In this document: positions 45,235 through 59,049 of the stretch, one piece after another
Layout of the letters: each line of letters opens with the position of its first letter
Position numbering within the stretch: the first letter of the stretch is position 1
Assembly: GCF_003704095.1 (NCBI RefSeq)
Contig: NW_020844790.1
Coordinates: forward strand, 310,001 to 374,000
DNA length: 64,000 nt
Direction of reading: 5' to 3'
DNA from: Pocillopora damicornis
Lineage: Eukaryota
The notes under the pieces: model-generated
Databases searched by the model: none
What the model was told of the DNA's origin: nothing
What the model saw: the letters and a program-made list of their open reading frames with translations, nothing else
Translations under genes and position numbers: made by a program

Positions 45235-45927
45235 CCCTCATATTCTAGAACATGAGCGAAGATTGTAACAAAAACCGTCACAGCTTATGTTGCACATCTC
45301 GTTATAATCCTACTACTACTTAATACTTCGAAAACTTGTTCTATATTGGAAGTTTTGTATTGTGATCTAAACTGCTCAGAGGAGGTCTTGAGAAAAGATT
45401 GAGAACAGAAAACCCTCAAAAGATGCCAAATTGCATCGATAACACCACGTTGGTAGAGCTCTGTTAGTCGCTCTAAGTATTCTTTTGCGTCATAAATAGC
45501 TAATCTTTTAATGAGGGCGTCAACATAATAAACAGACCAACTGTCATGTCACTGTCACTCTTCCCAATCAAATTGGAGCTAGACGCTTCGAAGTACCTAT
45601 AAAACTGAAAAAACTAAGCCTGACGAGCTGAAGCTTGGTATTTTTAATGATAATGTTTGAAAATGTTAAAAACGCTTATCTTGTTATTAATTCAAACAAA
45701 GAAAATTCTTTCCTTACCAGATGTTTCTTTTGTAACCCACACCGCTAAGAGGTCTTTAAAATGCCGGTTAGGAAAGAAATAACGTGCAAATTAACATCTT
45801 GTCAAACATTGTTTGAGTCGCGCTAAGTATTTACTTTGTAAGAGGGCAAAAAGTTAATCAAAAGAGGAACTATCATGTTGCACTCCACTCCTGTCCCTTC
45901 ATGGTCGCTGGATTGGTCATGATTTTA

Positions 45928-46230
45928 TTCAGGCCTTATTTTCCGACTAATGCTTGAGTACTGTTCATTACTTCGAATATCGCTTTCATATTCACTTCTT
46001 AACCCGCAGTTCACATATATTTTTACAGTCAATTTTTCATCACCTTAGGCCTTATTTTCAGTACTACTTAAGTAGTGTCCATTACTGCCAAGAACGCTCT
46101 CATAATCTCTTAACCCGTAGTTCACATTTACGATTTTCATACATTCACAGTAGTTTATCCGTCACTTTAGGCCTTAATTTCAGTACTGATTAAGTAGTGT
46201 TCACTATTGCGAAGATCACTTTCATATTCA
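45928..46230 (+). repeat. Three degenerate tandem units (period about 120 bp) of a SINE 3' segment
   Basis: AGGCCTTA.TTTC...AAGTAGTGT.CA.TA.TGC.AAGA..GCT.TCATA recurs at about 45930, 46047 and 46168. Confidence 0.7.
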
Positions 46231-46289
46231 TTTATATAGCTAGGCCCTAAATGACCGATTCTATTGTACCCATGAAGTGTGATGATTCA

Positions 46290-46415
46290 GAACATACTGC
46301 ACCGGTATCGAAGAGGTCATGGGTTCAAATCCCGTACGGGCCATGAATTTTTTTCAGGTCTTATTTTCAACTACTAGTTCAGTTGTGTTCATAGCTGCGA
46401 GGATCGCTTACATCT
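46290..46415 (+). mobile_element. tRNA-derived SINE
   Basis: B-box GGTTCAAATCC followed by TTTTTCAGGTC.TATTT.CAACTACT...AGCTGCGA.GATC. The same tail occurs at about 24352-24415. Confidence 0.65.
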
Positions 46416-48524
46416 GCAGAACATACTTCTTTTACTTGACGCAACTTCCGGGTGGTTAAAGCTGACTTGCGCCTATAATAAAATTGCAAAAAATACCGTC
46501 TGCTGTCTACTTGAAAGGATAGCGAAAGGTCACAACAATCATGTGCTCCTCTCCTGGTGAATGATATACATAGTTCAATTAGTTAGGCTTTTACGTGTAC
46601 AGGATATCCTTCTCATTAATCGTTCATTCACAACGATCAAATGAAAATGGGGAAGCGTTTATACCATTTTCTGCTCAGAAATTGTTTGTGACTTTTTGTC
46701 CATCAATTAAAGTTCATGACCTGATCGTCACAACAACAGAGTAAAAAAACATCTTGCGTACTTTGCCTTGTTTTTGTAGCTGCTTTTCGCTGACCCCACG
46801 GACTCTTAATTACCGCCAAACACAAAGCAAATGAACCTCATAGAGAAGTTATCAACTCTCTGGGCTGGTATTTCATAACCCCCTCAAGAGGGTAATCACC
46901 TCCTCTTAGCTAAAAAAAAATCTTGCCTCCTAAAGAGATATCTCACCTTTCAGTAAACAAGGGAATTATAACCCCCCAAACAGAATCATCACCTCTTTGG
47001 AGAAAGTTGACCAAAGGTTCGTATTTTCATCAGGTTATCTTTTCCTGTTTCCGCACAAGCATTTTTGTTGTATGGTAGAAACTTTAAAATTGATTGAAAC
47101 TCAAGAAAAAAAAGATAGGTTACTTACCTATAATGTTCTATTAATCCGTTTCGATTCTCGTTTTCAATTCTCCACTGTTGAGTGATGCGTGTGTCCTTTT
47201 TAATCCAATTGTACTAGTGCTAAATTATACTCACGGATTATCACGAATCATCCAACAGTTGCCTCACGTTTCTCTTTGTGTGTACAGCATATTACTACGA
47301 AATTTATCTATCTTCCTCTTGTCATCGATCTTATCAGGATGACAGAGAACCCGGAGTTTCCGATCCTTGGCATTTAACTTAACAGCATAGTATTCATGAG
47401 CGTTATCGCAAATTTGACTTTTGCACCTTTATGATAAAAACATAAATTATTGGTAGTTTCGTACAAAGCAATCTTCTCTTTATTCAGATACACAGTTTTC
47501 CGGCTTAAATGCCACTTCCCCACAACCTACGCACTCTAAATTTAATCGTACAGTTCGGTTTTTCCTTTTTCTGCATAATTATTTGATCTGGTCTGCAGTT
47601 AGACACTAATTAACTTTGACTGTCCCTGAAATTGGAAAGAGATTTCATGTTCTCTCAAGTCATTGCGAAACATCGAAGTCGCTTTGTTATTGTCTTTGTT
47701 AATGTCCTTGAGAGGGCTTACTGTAATCTACGAAACGAAACCGGAATGAAAAAATGTAATTTGGGAGATTAACTCAAATCGGTAATTTGCGAAAAGGAAA
47801 CTCGTAATTGGTGACTTAGAAATCCATAATTTTCGAGGAAGGCAATTCTGTATTTTGCACTAGTTTGGATTTAATGAATCAATGCATCGGCTATGTGAAA
47901 GGAAAATTGCGCCAAATGTTAAGCCATAAAATGCAAACCTATTATTTAAAAAATGATCCAGCGCTGAAGCTGCGCTGTTTTAATCGTCAATTTACGAAGT
48001 GAAATGCGTGACATGACATTCAACTTTAGGCGTGAGTTTAGTGTATCTAATAGGGGAAAACTGTGTATCTGAAAAGAAAGAAGACCGACAATGTTTTTAT
48101 AGCAAAGTCGTTAACGTGAAAATTGCGATAACGCTTGTGAATACTATGCTGAGGACCGGAAATTCCGTGATCTTTGTCGTCTGAAGAGATCATCGACAAA
48201 AAGAAGGAGGATAAATTTAATGATCTATTGTTTACCCAAAGGGAAACGTGAGGCAACTGATGAATGATTCATGCTAACCCGTAAGTATCATTTAGCACTA
48301 GCACAAGTCGACTTAACAGGCACACGCATGACTTACAAGTAGAGCATCGAAAACAGGAATTGGCTATATTTTCAATGATAGTTCAGTTTTAGGGACCAGT
48401 TTCGCATTCGCATGACAAAAAATAAAGAAACGCTAAGGCAAAGCGCAAAAATTTTGACATACAAATAGTCAGTCGAAAAACCACTCAAAACAAGTTGTAT
48501 GATTCAATGAAAACTCCATTATCA

Positions 48525-48741
48525 GTAGCGGTTACAAATACATCAACCTCCCTGCGTACTAATAGTTCGTCCTCCATCTCTTCTTCAGTATCAACAGTCT
48601 GCTTACCATCCCTCCCTGAGTACTGATAGACTGTAGCGGTTACAAATACATCAACCTCCCTGCGTACTAATAGTTCGTCCTCCATCTCTTCTTTAGTATC
48701 AACAGTCTGCTTACCATCCCTCCCTGAGTACTGATAGACTG
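48525..48741. repeat. 108-bp tandem repeat, 2 nearly identical copies
   Basis: GTAGCGGTTACAAATACATCAACC... starts at 48525 and at 48633. Confidence 0.95.
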
Positions 48742-49958
48742 CATCCCACCCCTCCCTAAGTACTGATGGTCTGCCTCCCTCCCGACGAAATGGTCCAAAA
48801 ACATGGTCCAGTCCTTATTTTACCCTATGCCCTGAAGTACGTATGATTTTGAAACAAATTGATTTTCATGTTACTACTGCTTAATTAGACGACAGGTTAA
48901 TGTTTTAATCTTAATTACAAGTACAAAGTCTTGTTTTAACAGAAGAATTTATAGATGAGAATCACATCAAGCGCGAATCGAACAACCGGGATTAAAAAGT
49001 TGGGTTTGCGTATACCTTGAAGGATCAGAGATCCTTCATAATACGGTAAACACTTTTTAACAAGACCGTGATCAATTTCTAAGTCTCTGTACAAAAGCTT
49101 AGGACGAACCAGAGAAGTCAGCCTTGTCTGCTAAATTTTATAAAAAAATTTTTTTCATAACATGAAAGGCTGCTAATCACAGCATGGGCAACCTCAATCA
49201 AAAAAAGAAACAACTTAGTGCATTGCTTGGGTTTATCATTTGAAATGCAATAATCTCACCTCGGTGATCACACTGTTTAGTGACACCTACGGTCTTCAAC
49301 AGTCACTCTTACTCCTTGAAATATTTCCCATGTAGAAATATCAGAAAGTCATTGGCAGCCATTTGACTGTCGATCATTATCTTTACGATAAGGAACGCCT
49401 TCATCAGCGAACGGATGAGCTTGTGTAAATTTTGCTTTAGTTTGCATTTTCCTGATAGGTATTGAAGCTCATGATCAGAGGATGGATAAAACTAGATCCA
49501 AGACACAATATCCCGAATAATACTTTGAACACCATTATTGTTGGAGGATTTTTCTAACACTCGTGGTTCTATTTCTCTTTCTTTATTCTCTCTTTTGCTT
49601 CACAAGTTACCACGCCGGGAACTAGCTCAGATCTCTCCAGGAAAGTGTGGGTCACTGTTTATAAAAGTGACGCTTACTGAGCCGTCATTCTCTAACCTTC
49701 GTCATCCTTTTACACTTAACTAGCGAATCACGTTAAGCCATGCAGAGCGGAGTTCGCATACTAAGTAGGTACCTTCGAGATGTTTACGCTTCCCAAAACC
49801 GTTCTCTACCATAAATCTCTCAGTCCTATGGTCAAGTCCGGGCAAAACAGAAATAAGATTGACAATATAAAAGTTATAATGAATCCTCTAACAGAACTAC
49901 GAACTTCTCTACCAAACACTCAGTTCTCAGTCGAAATTTTGTTTCTATCGTATAAATT

Positions 49959-49992
<34 letters not shown>

Positions 49993-52376
49993 CACTTTTT
50001 TTCCCTCGATAACTCAGTGTTGACAATGCTCATGATAGATTGACGTTTTGTATTTTGTATTGGGTACTGTATGCATTTTACATTCGGCAGCGAGTCAGTG
50101 AGTTTAACAACTATGATAATTAAGTGATTCTCTTCCGAGAAAATAAAAGTCTTGATCAGTCGTAGTAACTAAGAATTGATTCCAATGAGCCAAAACTAAG
50201 GATTCACGCTGAGACACATTGTTACTGTGGCGCATTGCAATCGAGAAAATCTAGTTTATTTTTCGAACTTCTTATCGTGTGGTAAACACGGATCTCCATT
50301 ACTTAAACCATTAAACTGGAATGTTATCACCTCTCCGTCTCTGGGAGATTATAGCCCTCCAGCGAGGGTTATCAGCTCTCCACATCTTTGAAAATAATTG
50401 CCTCTTAGGAGGAATTAGATGTCACCCCTTATGTACAGAAGCGTTATTACCCCCTAGTAGAATTATTACAGAGAGTTTGATCTACCAGCCCTGTTCTAAG
50501 CAATTTGTCTCTTCCTCAGCTATTTCAAAAATTTGGTTCTGATCAGTAGTTTCACGATCATTTGATTTTGGAAACTTGATATATCCACTCTTTTAACCAT
50601 GTTGATTACCACGTAGTATTATAAACTCTTCTTGTCCCGTAGGTATATCAATACAAACTTGTTCATAACCAATTATCACCTCTATAACTCAAAGAAAGCT
50701 GACTTTAACGCTCGCCATTTTCCCCCCGCAGGCATTATTTGTTTTGGTTTGGTATCCTTCACTGATCAAAAACCAGAAAACACTGAAGGATTTTCGGTCA
50801 TTTTTACAAAATTAAATTACAATAAGTTGCTGAGGCAAACTTAAAATAACAAGAATGGTTTCAACAAGCTGAGGAGCAAAGCATATCTCGCTAGAGTCCA
50901 TCTTTCGCATACCTCTAATTTTTTTAAAATTTAATTGATGGTGGGGAAACTCGTCTCTGAGGTAAGAATGAATGAATTGCTTTTGTCAGAAGATATATGC
51001 TGTTCAGTGCAGAGAAACTTTCTTAATTACTGTGAATCGATTAAATTTTGATGTGAAATTTTTTGTTTTTAAGTGATTGGAAACTGAACTAAGAGCATGC
51101 CAATCTTCGTCTAGTAATAGCTTTCGCTGGACAAAAATGGCCTTCTTTTCCTTGGATAGTCTTTCGGTTTCACTGAGCACATCGCATGTAACTATATTAT
51201 AGATTACGAGACTTTGTGCCAAGCAAACTGCGTTTATTAAAACCGTCGTCATTTCCTCAGAAGAAACAAATACTGAAGGATCGAAAGTGTGTGTTAGTTT
51301 TTATAGAGTTGTCTTCAACGTAGAATTCTAGCACACCAGGTTGCTTCCTAATCGTCTTGCCACACATACTCTTGAATACTATAAACTCTCTTAGTCCGAG
51401 AGAAAATGCCCTTCTTTGCAAGGGGTATTTCACTGGTATTTAATTTGGAATAAAATGCTTTAACACTTTTACATCATAAAATGTCTGAACTAACACCAAC
51501 AACAGTGATGTCGATGAACATTTTTACGTTCTCTTCTCCTAAACTTTTTTGCGTCGTTACTCATTGGCTTTACCCCAAGGAAGCTTATGACTGCTTATCA
51601 CTAGAAACTCGCATGTCATTAAAACACCCATTCTGAGAAAATATTACCGTCTTGCGAAGGCCTTCTCTCCATATGTTATTCTTATACCCACGGGGTTTGA
51701 ATCCCTGAAGAAAACCGCTCGGCCAAAGAGAGGATTCTACACAACTATTAGGCACTTCTTTTCCTCTCCCTTTTTTTAATGCTTTCGTTTTCTGAGAACC
51801 TTAACTGATCGGAGCTCAGCTGTAAAGCAAAATTTTTCTGTCGGCAATGATTTTATTCCTCATTTCGTTTGTTTGTTGAAGCTTTTCAATAAAATCACCT
51901 TCGGAATGCTTGTGACAAAATTTTCAAGAGCATTAAAGACGATTAAGGAGAAAGTACTCTCTCTTATTGATACTGCTGCTCAACTGGGGAATTTTATCCC
52001 TAAAGAATCTGATAAGTGTCCGGCGGATGTCCTTTTACGGGATTTGCTTTGGATTGGGAAGCTACTCAGTCACATGAAATGCTTTTACACTGAAACATCT
52101 CGATGAAGTGGCAAACTTTTATTACTTTAATCTCTATCACTACAATGAAGAATTGTACTGGATGTTCAGAATACGCTAACATCCCATAAGGTTTTTAAAA
52201 GAATACAATTGTTAATCAGATCAGCATTGTTTACATTAGTAACAGTACCTTCGCTAAACGAAAACTCACGTAAATTACATGAAGGTGGCCTTATCAAGCG
52301 TAAAGGTGTCCTCTGTTTAAATTTTGCCCGACACTACACAAAAATCTTAACAGTTAATCGTAAGGACCAAAAAGTT

Positions 52377-53311
52377 TCAAATACACCCGCATTCCTGAAC
52401 AATCATATTATCAAATTTCCTCAATAAAACCTTCTCCTGCTGAAACACCAATAAAGAGACTGATCGCCACTTTATTGGGACACAACAGGACCTGCTACCA
52501 TCGGTTGGGTAACTCTTGTTCTTTGAGTTCAGGATTGTCATCATCAGTGAATAATTGTTAGCTTCCCCACTGATGCACTTCCCCACACACCTAAAAGCAT
52601 TGAACCCCGAAGGTGCAATGACTAGATCAAAAAGGGTACTATTCTGAAGATCCGAAAAGCTCACATACATCGGCACCCTTCGGCAAGCATCAGCTTCATC
52701 TTCTTTCTTCTCTGGAAGAAGTTTGCTTTCTGTTTCCTTGCTTGAAAATGGTTCAATTTGGACTTCATTGTGCTTTTCAGCTGCTAAAACAAGATGAAAG
52801 TGAAATGATGGAATTTTTATCGCAAGACTTTTCTTTTTCGGTCTTTGGGCTTAGGGATTATGCAGATCAAGTCGCTATAAGTATTGAAGATAAATTGTCT
52901 GTACTCTATTCATTTCCTGCAAGAAAACATTATTGCAAACGTCTGCCTTCCTTCGTAAAATTGTGATCCTCGTAACGTTGTGAGCTGAGAGCAAATAAAC
53001 CATTAGATTTTTAAGTTTATCGATCATTTCAGAAACCTGCAAGTTTATGACAACGTTTCCTCATCGAACTAGTGACTGACTGGATACATTCAGAAAAATC
53101 GAGCAAGAGGAAATACATCGTTTAACTTACATCCTCCTTGAATTAGACTCGAAAAGTGCTTCTTTGGACCCTTCGTTTCAGGAGAGTTTTTCGGCTCTTC
53201 AGAACGCGAAGTTTTCTGTAAACGGTTTTTATGAAACATTCCCCTTCCAGACACAGTCAAACTCAGAATGAAGAGATGCAGTACAAAAAGGGATACGAAC
53301 TGATTCAACAT
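52377..53311 (-). CDS. Miniature TGF-beta/BMP-family ligand 2, about 195 aa (exons 53311-53131, 52783-52377; NAGNAG acceptor)
   Basis: Signal peptide MLNQFVSLFVLHLFILSLTVSG. The mature region reads ACRRVPMYVSFSDL...VIAPSGFNAFRCVGKC...SCCVPIKWRSVSLL...NMIVQECGC. Confidence 0.9.
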
Positions 53312-54193
53312 GATTACGAGCAAGGTAAACCTTCTGTAGAGTTTATCGTTCAAATACTCCTAGAATCAACCAAAGGTGTCAAATTGCTAAATTCTTGTGC
53401 TATCGTGTTATTTCTTTTTTTTTGAAAAACAAAAGTGGCTTGAGCTGAGAGAAGTGTCAGAGGAGGTCTCGAAAAAATATTTGACTCAGCTACCTGATGA
53501 ATGAGGGCCACAAAGATGCACAATCAGATTAGTTTAGCAGCCATGTCCCCCGGCCAGTATTGACGAAAAGCAGCAATAAGGGAGGATTCCTTATGATAAG
53601 CCAATGGTTAGTACTGTGCAGTATGCACCGGGTTCTAATTAACTGCATAAATGCGGTGTGATATCAACGCAGAGCAAAAGAACAGTAGGAAGGCTCATCG
53701 GTTTTAGTACTTTGTCCCTCTATTTCTTCCTGTACGCTTAAAAAATTGTCAGTGATCACGCACTTACATGAAGAAAGTCTACACAAAGTACTTAGGAAAC
53801 ATTTCCACTGACATATTTTCGTTATCTTCTTTAGTGAGAAAACTTCACATTCTTTTGATTATAGCTGGGTCGGTTGAATCAATGCATTCAAATGACTCAG
53901 CAAATTTGATGTTGTAAGTGAAGTTTAGGCACAAGGAGCAGAAGAGTCATATTTCACTATATTTCTCGTTAATTTCACAGCACACCTGCAACGCGCCTTA
54001 TTCACCCTAAGTACATAAGAACGCTTTCAGTGTAAGATTTCAATTAATTAGTTTTTCCCACCGTGATCCGTCTCGCAAGTAAACAGACACAGGCAAAAAT
54101 AAAGCATGATGTGCAAACATATAATAAATGAACAAACACATAAACTATACATAAATACATTAATAACGTGATAAAAAGAACCTGGGAAGATGT

Positions 54194-54226
<33 letters not shown>

Positions 54227-55366
54227 GTTCAAGCGTCGATTTATATTTCTAAATTCATTGTTTTATTTGTCGACTCACGCGGCAGGTCATGATATGGAAA
54301 AGAGCCTGCACGTAGTCTACGTTACGTGTCTGTACTATTCGTGACAATAGTCGGAGCGTAAAGCGTCCCTTCCGGAGCATGGTCGGTAAGGGAAGCTTTC
54401 CATACGACGCGCAAGATATCGAGTGTAGGAAACGAGATGAGAGATGATACTTACTTTTATGCGACTCGTTTGAATCCCGCTTCAACCAAAATTATTCATT
54501 GTGAACTTTTACCTTAAATGAGAACTGGAATCTCATCTCGGGCTTATAGTTTAACTAACTTAGGATCAATTTGGACATTTTTTGAGGTACTTGGCACTTA
54601 ATGACTCCCACTCTCCAGCTTCATGTGTGTGGGGAAAATAAAAAAGAGGGAAAAAATTATTAGAGATCCGGCTGAAAACTTTAATGAATTGCAGAGAACT
54701 CTCAGGTCTTGTGGATCTGAGCCCATCTCTCTCAGACAGTCACGTATTTCTGGGTGAGGCTCGATATTTAGTAATTCAGAGATCACCACAAAGTGTCTGC
54801 TATTTATCCTTCGAAACTTGAACTGGTTTCCAAGATTGATGTTGCTGTGCGATTTTTGCATTAACAACGAGTCCGAAGCAGAGGATTTATTAATACCCTG
54901 GAATGGGACAGAAAGTGCGTGGCCATAGGCAGCAAGTCATGACACGTGAAGTGACTGGTATTTCGTGTCGTTAACTGATTATTTGATACCCTTATATGGA
55001 AGACTCCTTGTTAATTCAATCAAGTAGCACGGGTCAAGGCCAAAGTTAAAAAAATAGACAGTACAGCTATGGTCAAAATAAGACCATTATTACAATAAAG
55101 GGGCAAAGCAAGACTGTTTGTTATAAAAGTGAGAAACATTTTGTAAAGGTGTATAAGGTTGTTGTAAAGTTGTATAAGATGTGTACGATGAGGTTCCAAT
55201 TAATCTTTGGTCTAAAATTTATTTGCCTTTTTTTCGGTTTTATACCTTATTTATTTCCTTTTTATTAGGTACGGCAATGTTTGATATATGACTGAAACTG
55301 ACGAACAAAATCCCTGATAAAATTACACCATAACGTATCTAAGGTTTAGAAACTGATGTGAGTGAA

Positions 55367-55578
55367 TTAACCCCCTTAACTCCCAGAAGTGATTGAAAAC
55401 TAACTTCTCCCTATAATAACTTAAATTTATCCAGCAAACAGGTCATGGGAATATTCAAACTTATCAGATCGAAGTTGTTACCTTGATCTGACACCAAATT
55501 CTCGTAACTTATTTACAAGGAAATGTGTAGCAGCCTGGGGGAGAATTAACAATAAGATCTTATTAGTTAAGGGGTTAA
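55367..55578 (+). mobile_element. piggyBac-like MITE with TTAA TSD
   Basis: TTAA|CCCCCTTAACT ... AGTTAAGGGG|TTAA, about 204 bp long. Confidence 0.8.
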
Positions 55579-57415
55579 CAGAAAATAAACGTACCCACTC
55601 GCTGAAGATCCTAACAGATACTGCACTAGGCTACCCCTCCCCACCCTCCCCGCCCCCCTTAATTAGGCTTTTACGTGAACAGGATATCCGCCTCATTAAT
55701 CGTTCATTCACAAAGATCAAATGAAAATAAAGGAAGCGTTCTCCCATTTTCTCTTGCTAAGTAAATTGCTTTCCTGGTATGCATGTTATTGTTATTTTTC
55801 ACTTATTACCCAACAATTAAAGTTCATAACCCGATCGTTACAGCAACAAAGTAAACAACATTCTGTGTACTTTTGCCTGTTTTTGTAGCTGTGTTTCGTG
55901 TAACCCCACGGACTCTTAATTACTGCTAAACACAAAGTAAATTAACCACGTAAGGACGTTATCAATTCTATGCGCTGAGATTTCACAACCCTCTCCAGAG
56001 GGCAATCATCTCCTCTAAGCTCAAAAAAATCTTACCTCCCAAAGAGATATCTCACCTTTCAGTAAACAAGGGAATTATAACCCCCTAAACAGAATCAACA
56101 CCTCTTCTTTGAGGAAGTTGACCTAAGATCCGCACTTTCATCAGGTTGTCTTTTTCTGTTTCCACACAAACATTTTTGTTGTATGGCAGGAACTTTCAAT
56201 TGATTGAAACTCAAGAACAGATTAAAAGGAAGGTTATTTACCTATCATGTTCCATTGATTCGTTTCGTCTGTTAGCTTTTCAAGTGCTCACATTCGTATG
56301 ACTTGAAACATACTGATTTAAATGCTACTGCTGCTGAATTAGACGAGAGGTTAACGATTTAATCTTAATTATAAGTGTAAAGTCTTCTTTCAACAGAGAA
56401 ATTTGAAGGTAAGAATTACATCAGGCGCGAATCGAACCACTGCGATAAAAAAGTCGGGTTTGTGTATAGCTTTAGATATCAGCTACAGTTAGAGTCTTTA
56501 AGGGCACTTCATCAGCGAATAGCTGATGAGCTTATGAAAATTTTGCTTTATAGTTTGCATTTTCCCGATAGGTATTGAAGCTCATGACTAAAGGATAGAT
56601 AAAACTAAATACAAGACACAACATCCCAAATAATACTTTAAAGACCATTAGCTTAGACGAGTTATTGCCGGTTTACTGTAGAGAACTAACTTCTCTACCA
56701 AACAGTTCTCAGTCGAAATTTTGTCTCTATTGTATAATATTACATACACATATATATTTTTTTTCACTCGATAACTCAATGTTGACTATGCTCATGATCG
56801 ATTGACGTTTTGTTTTTTGTATTGGGTACTGCATGTATTTTACATTCGGCAGCGAGTCAGTGGGTTAAACAACTATGATAATTAAGTGATTCTCTTCCAA
56901 GAAAATAAAGTCTTGATTACTCGTAGTAACTAAGAATTGATTCTGAAGAGCGAAAACTCCGATTTATTTTTCCAACTTCTTCATGAGGAATTAGGAATTA
57001 AATTTCACCCCTTGTATATAGAAGGGTTATTACCTCCAGTAGAATTATTACAGAGAGTTTAATCTACCAGCCTCGTTCTAAGCAATTTGTCTCTTACTCA
57101 GCTATTTCGCAAGTTTGGTTCAGTGGTTTCACGATCATCTGCTCATGGAAACTCGATATATCCACTCTTCTAACCCTGTTGATTATCGCGTAGCGTTTTA
57201 AACTTTTCTTGTTCCGTGGGTTTATCAATACTTACTTGTTCATTACCAATTATCACTTCTATAACTCAAAAAAAGCTGACTTTAACGTCCGTCATTTTTT
57301 CCCCGCAGGCATTATGTGTTTTGGTTTGGTGTCCTTCACTGATCAAAAAACCAGAAAACGCTGAAAGATTTTCAGTAGTTTGTAAAAAAATTACTGAGGC
57401 AAACACAAAACAACA

Positions 57416-57600
57416 GGTGAATAAAGGGGGTACGTTTCTTAAGAAACTGTAGTGCTGCGTCGGTGGGAGAGTATAGCAGTAATTTAGTGTTAACAACTGA
57501 GTTAAAAACGTAAATTAGCCACCGTAAAGAGTAAAAAAGCTGACGTCTCGAGCTTTTTTACTCTTTACGGTGGCCAATTAACGTTTTCAACTCAGCTCAA
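57416..57600. mobile_element. Palindromic Penelope-associated insertion specific to duplication unit 2
   Basis: Inverted arms of about 45 bp span 57497-57595. The element is absent at the matching site (about 50845-50950) of unit 1. Its head GAATAA.GGGG...GTTTCT..AGAAACTGT.GTGCTG also occurs at about 39080. Confidence 0.7.
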
Positions 57601-59049
57601 AACAGTTCTCAGAAGCTCGTCCTTGAGGTAAGAGTGGATACATTGCTCCTATCAGAAGCTGTATGTTGTTCAGTGCAGAGAAACGTTCTTAATTACGGCG
57701 AATCAAATAAAATAAGTAAATTTGATGTGAAGTTTTTTCGTTTTTAGGTAATTCGAAACTGAATTGAGAGCATGCGAATCTTCGTCTAATAATAGCTTTC
57801 GCTGGAAAAAAAAATGGCCTTCTGTTCCTTGGATAGACTTTCGGTTTGACTGAGCACATTGCATGTAACTATGCTATAGATTAAGTGTCTTTGTGCCAAG
57901 CAAACTGTGTTCATTAAGACCGTCCTTATTTCCTTAGAAGAAACAAATACTGAAAGACCGTAAGTATGAGAGTTTTCTTAATCATAGAATTCTAGCACAG
58001 CAGGTTGCTTCCTAATTGTCTTGCACCACATACTCTTGGATACTATAAGCTCTCTTAGTCCGAGAGAAAATACTCTTATCTGCAAGGGGTATTTCACTGA
58101 TATTTTCATTTCGAATAAAATGCCTTTAGATACTGAAATGTCTGAACTATTACCAACAACTGTGATGTCGATGAACATTTTTACGTACTTTTTTCCTAGA
58201 CTTTGTTCCATCGTTACCGATCGCCTTACCTTCAGGACCCTTATGACTGCTTAACACAAGAAACTTGCATGTCATCAAAACACCCACTCTGAGAAAATAT
58301 CACCGTTTTGCGATGGCCTTCTCTCCATATGTTATTCTTATACCCTCGAGATTTAAATCCCTGAGGAAAACCGCTCGGCCAAAGAGAGGATTCTACACAA
58401 CTATTAGGCACTTCTTTTTTTTAATGCTTTTGTTTTCTGAGAACCTTAACTGATTGAAGCTCAGCTGTGAAGCAAAATTTTTCTGTGGACAATGGTTTTT
58501 TTTTCTCACTTCGTTTGTTTTCTGAAGCTGCAACGTATCTTGCATGTAAAAACCCAGAGACCTTTCAGTAAAATCACTTTCGGAATGCTGGTGACAAATT
58601 TTCAAGAGTAATAAAGACGATTAAGGAGAAAGTACTCTCTCTTACTAATACTGCTGCTCAACTGGGGAATTTATCCCTAAGGAATCTGACAACTGTCCGG
58701 CGGATGTCCTTATACAGGATTTGCTTTGAATTGGGAAGCTTCTCAGTCACATGAAATCCTTTTACACTGAAACATCTCGATGAAGTGGCAAACTTTTATT
58801 ACTGTAATCTGCATCACAACAATGAAGAATTGTACTGGATGTTCACAATACGCTAACATCCCATAAGTTTTTAAAAAAAATTACAATTGTTAATCAGCAT
58901 TGTTTATATTGGTAACAGTTCCTTCGCTAAACGAAAACTTTCGCAAATTACATGAAGGTGGCCTTATCAAGCGTAAAGGTGTCCACCGTTTAAAGTTTGC
59001 CCGACACTACACAAAAATCTTAACAGTTAATCGTAAGGACCAAAACGTT

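Larger units (their letters stand above)
46578..54880. repeat. Tandem segmental duplication unit 1 (contains TGF-beta gene 2)
   Basis: Colinear with 55661-61499, from TTAGGCTTTTACGTG.ACAGGATATCC to AACGAGTCCGAAGCA. It carries extra sequence, including about 47160-48835. Confidence 0.92.

Noticed and set aside
45928-46230. Repeat-spacer-like periodicity (CRISPR-like)
   Set aside because: Eukaryotic context. The units are degenerate SINE tails with homologous 'spacers', and there are no cas genes.
46300-46345. Possible tRNA gene
   Set aside because: Only a B-box/T-arm is present. There is no full cloverleaf and it runs into a SINE body.
51004-52106. ORFs downstream of TGF-beta gene 2, with counterparts at about 57700-58780
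   Set aside because: Frames are not preserved between the two duplication units and no family was recognised.
56505-56545. CTGATGA...GAAA as a further hammerhead (similar starts at 45620, 53494 and 60303)
   Set aside because: No stem II, stem III or cleavage triplet can be formed.
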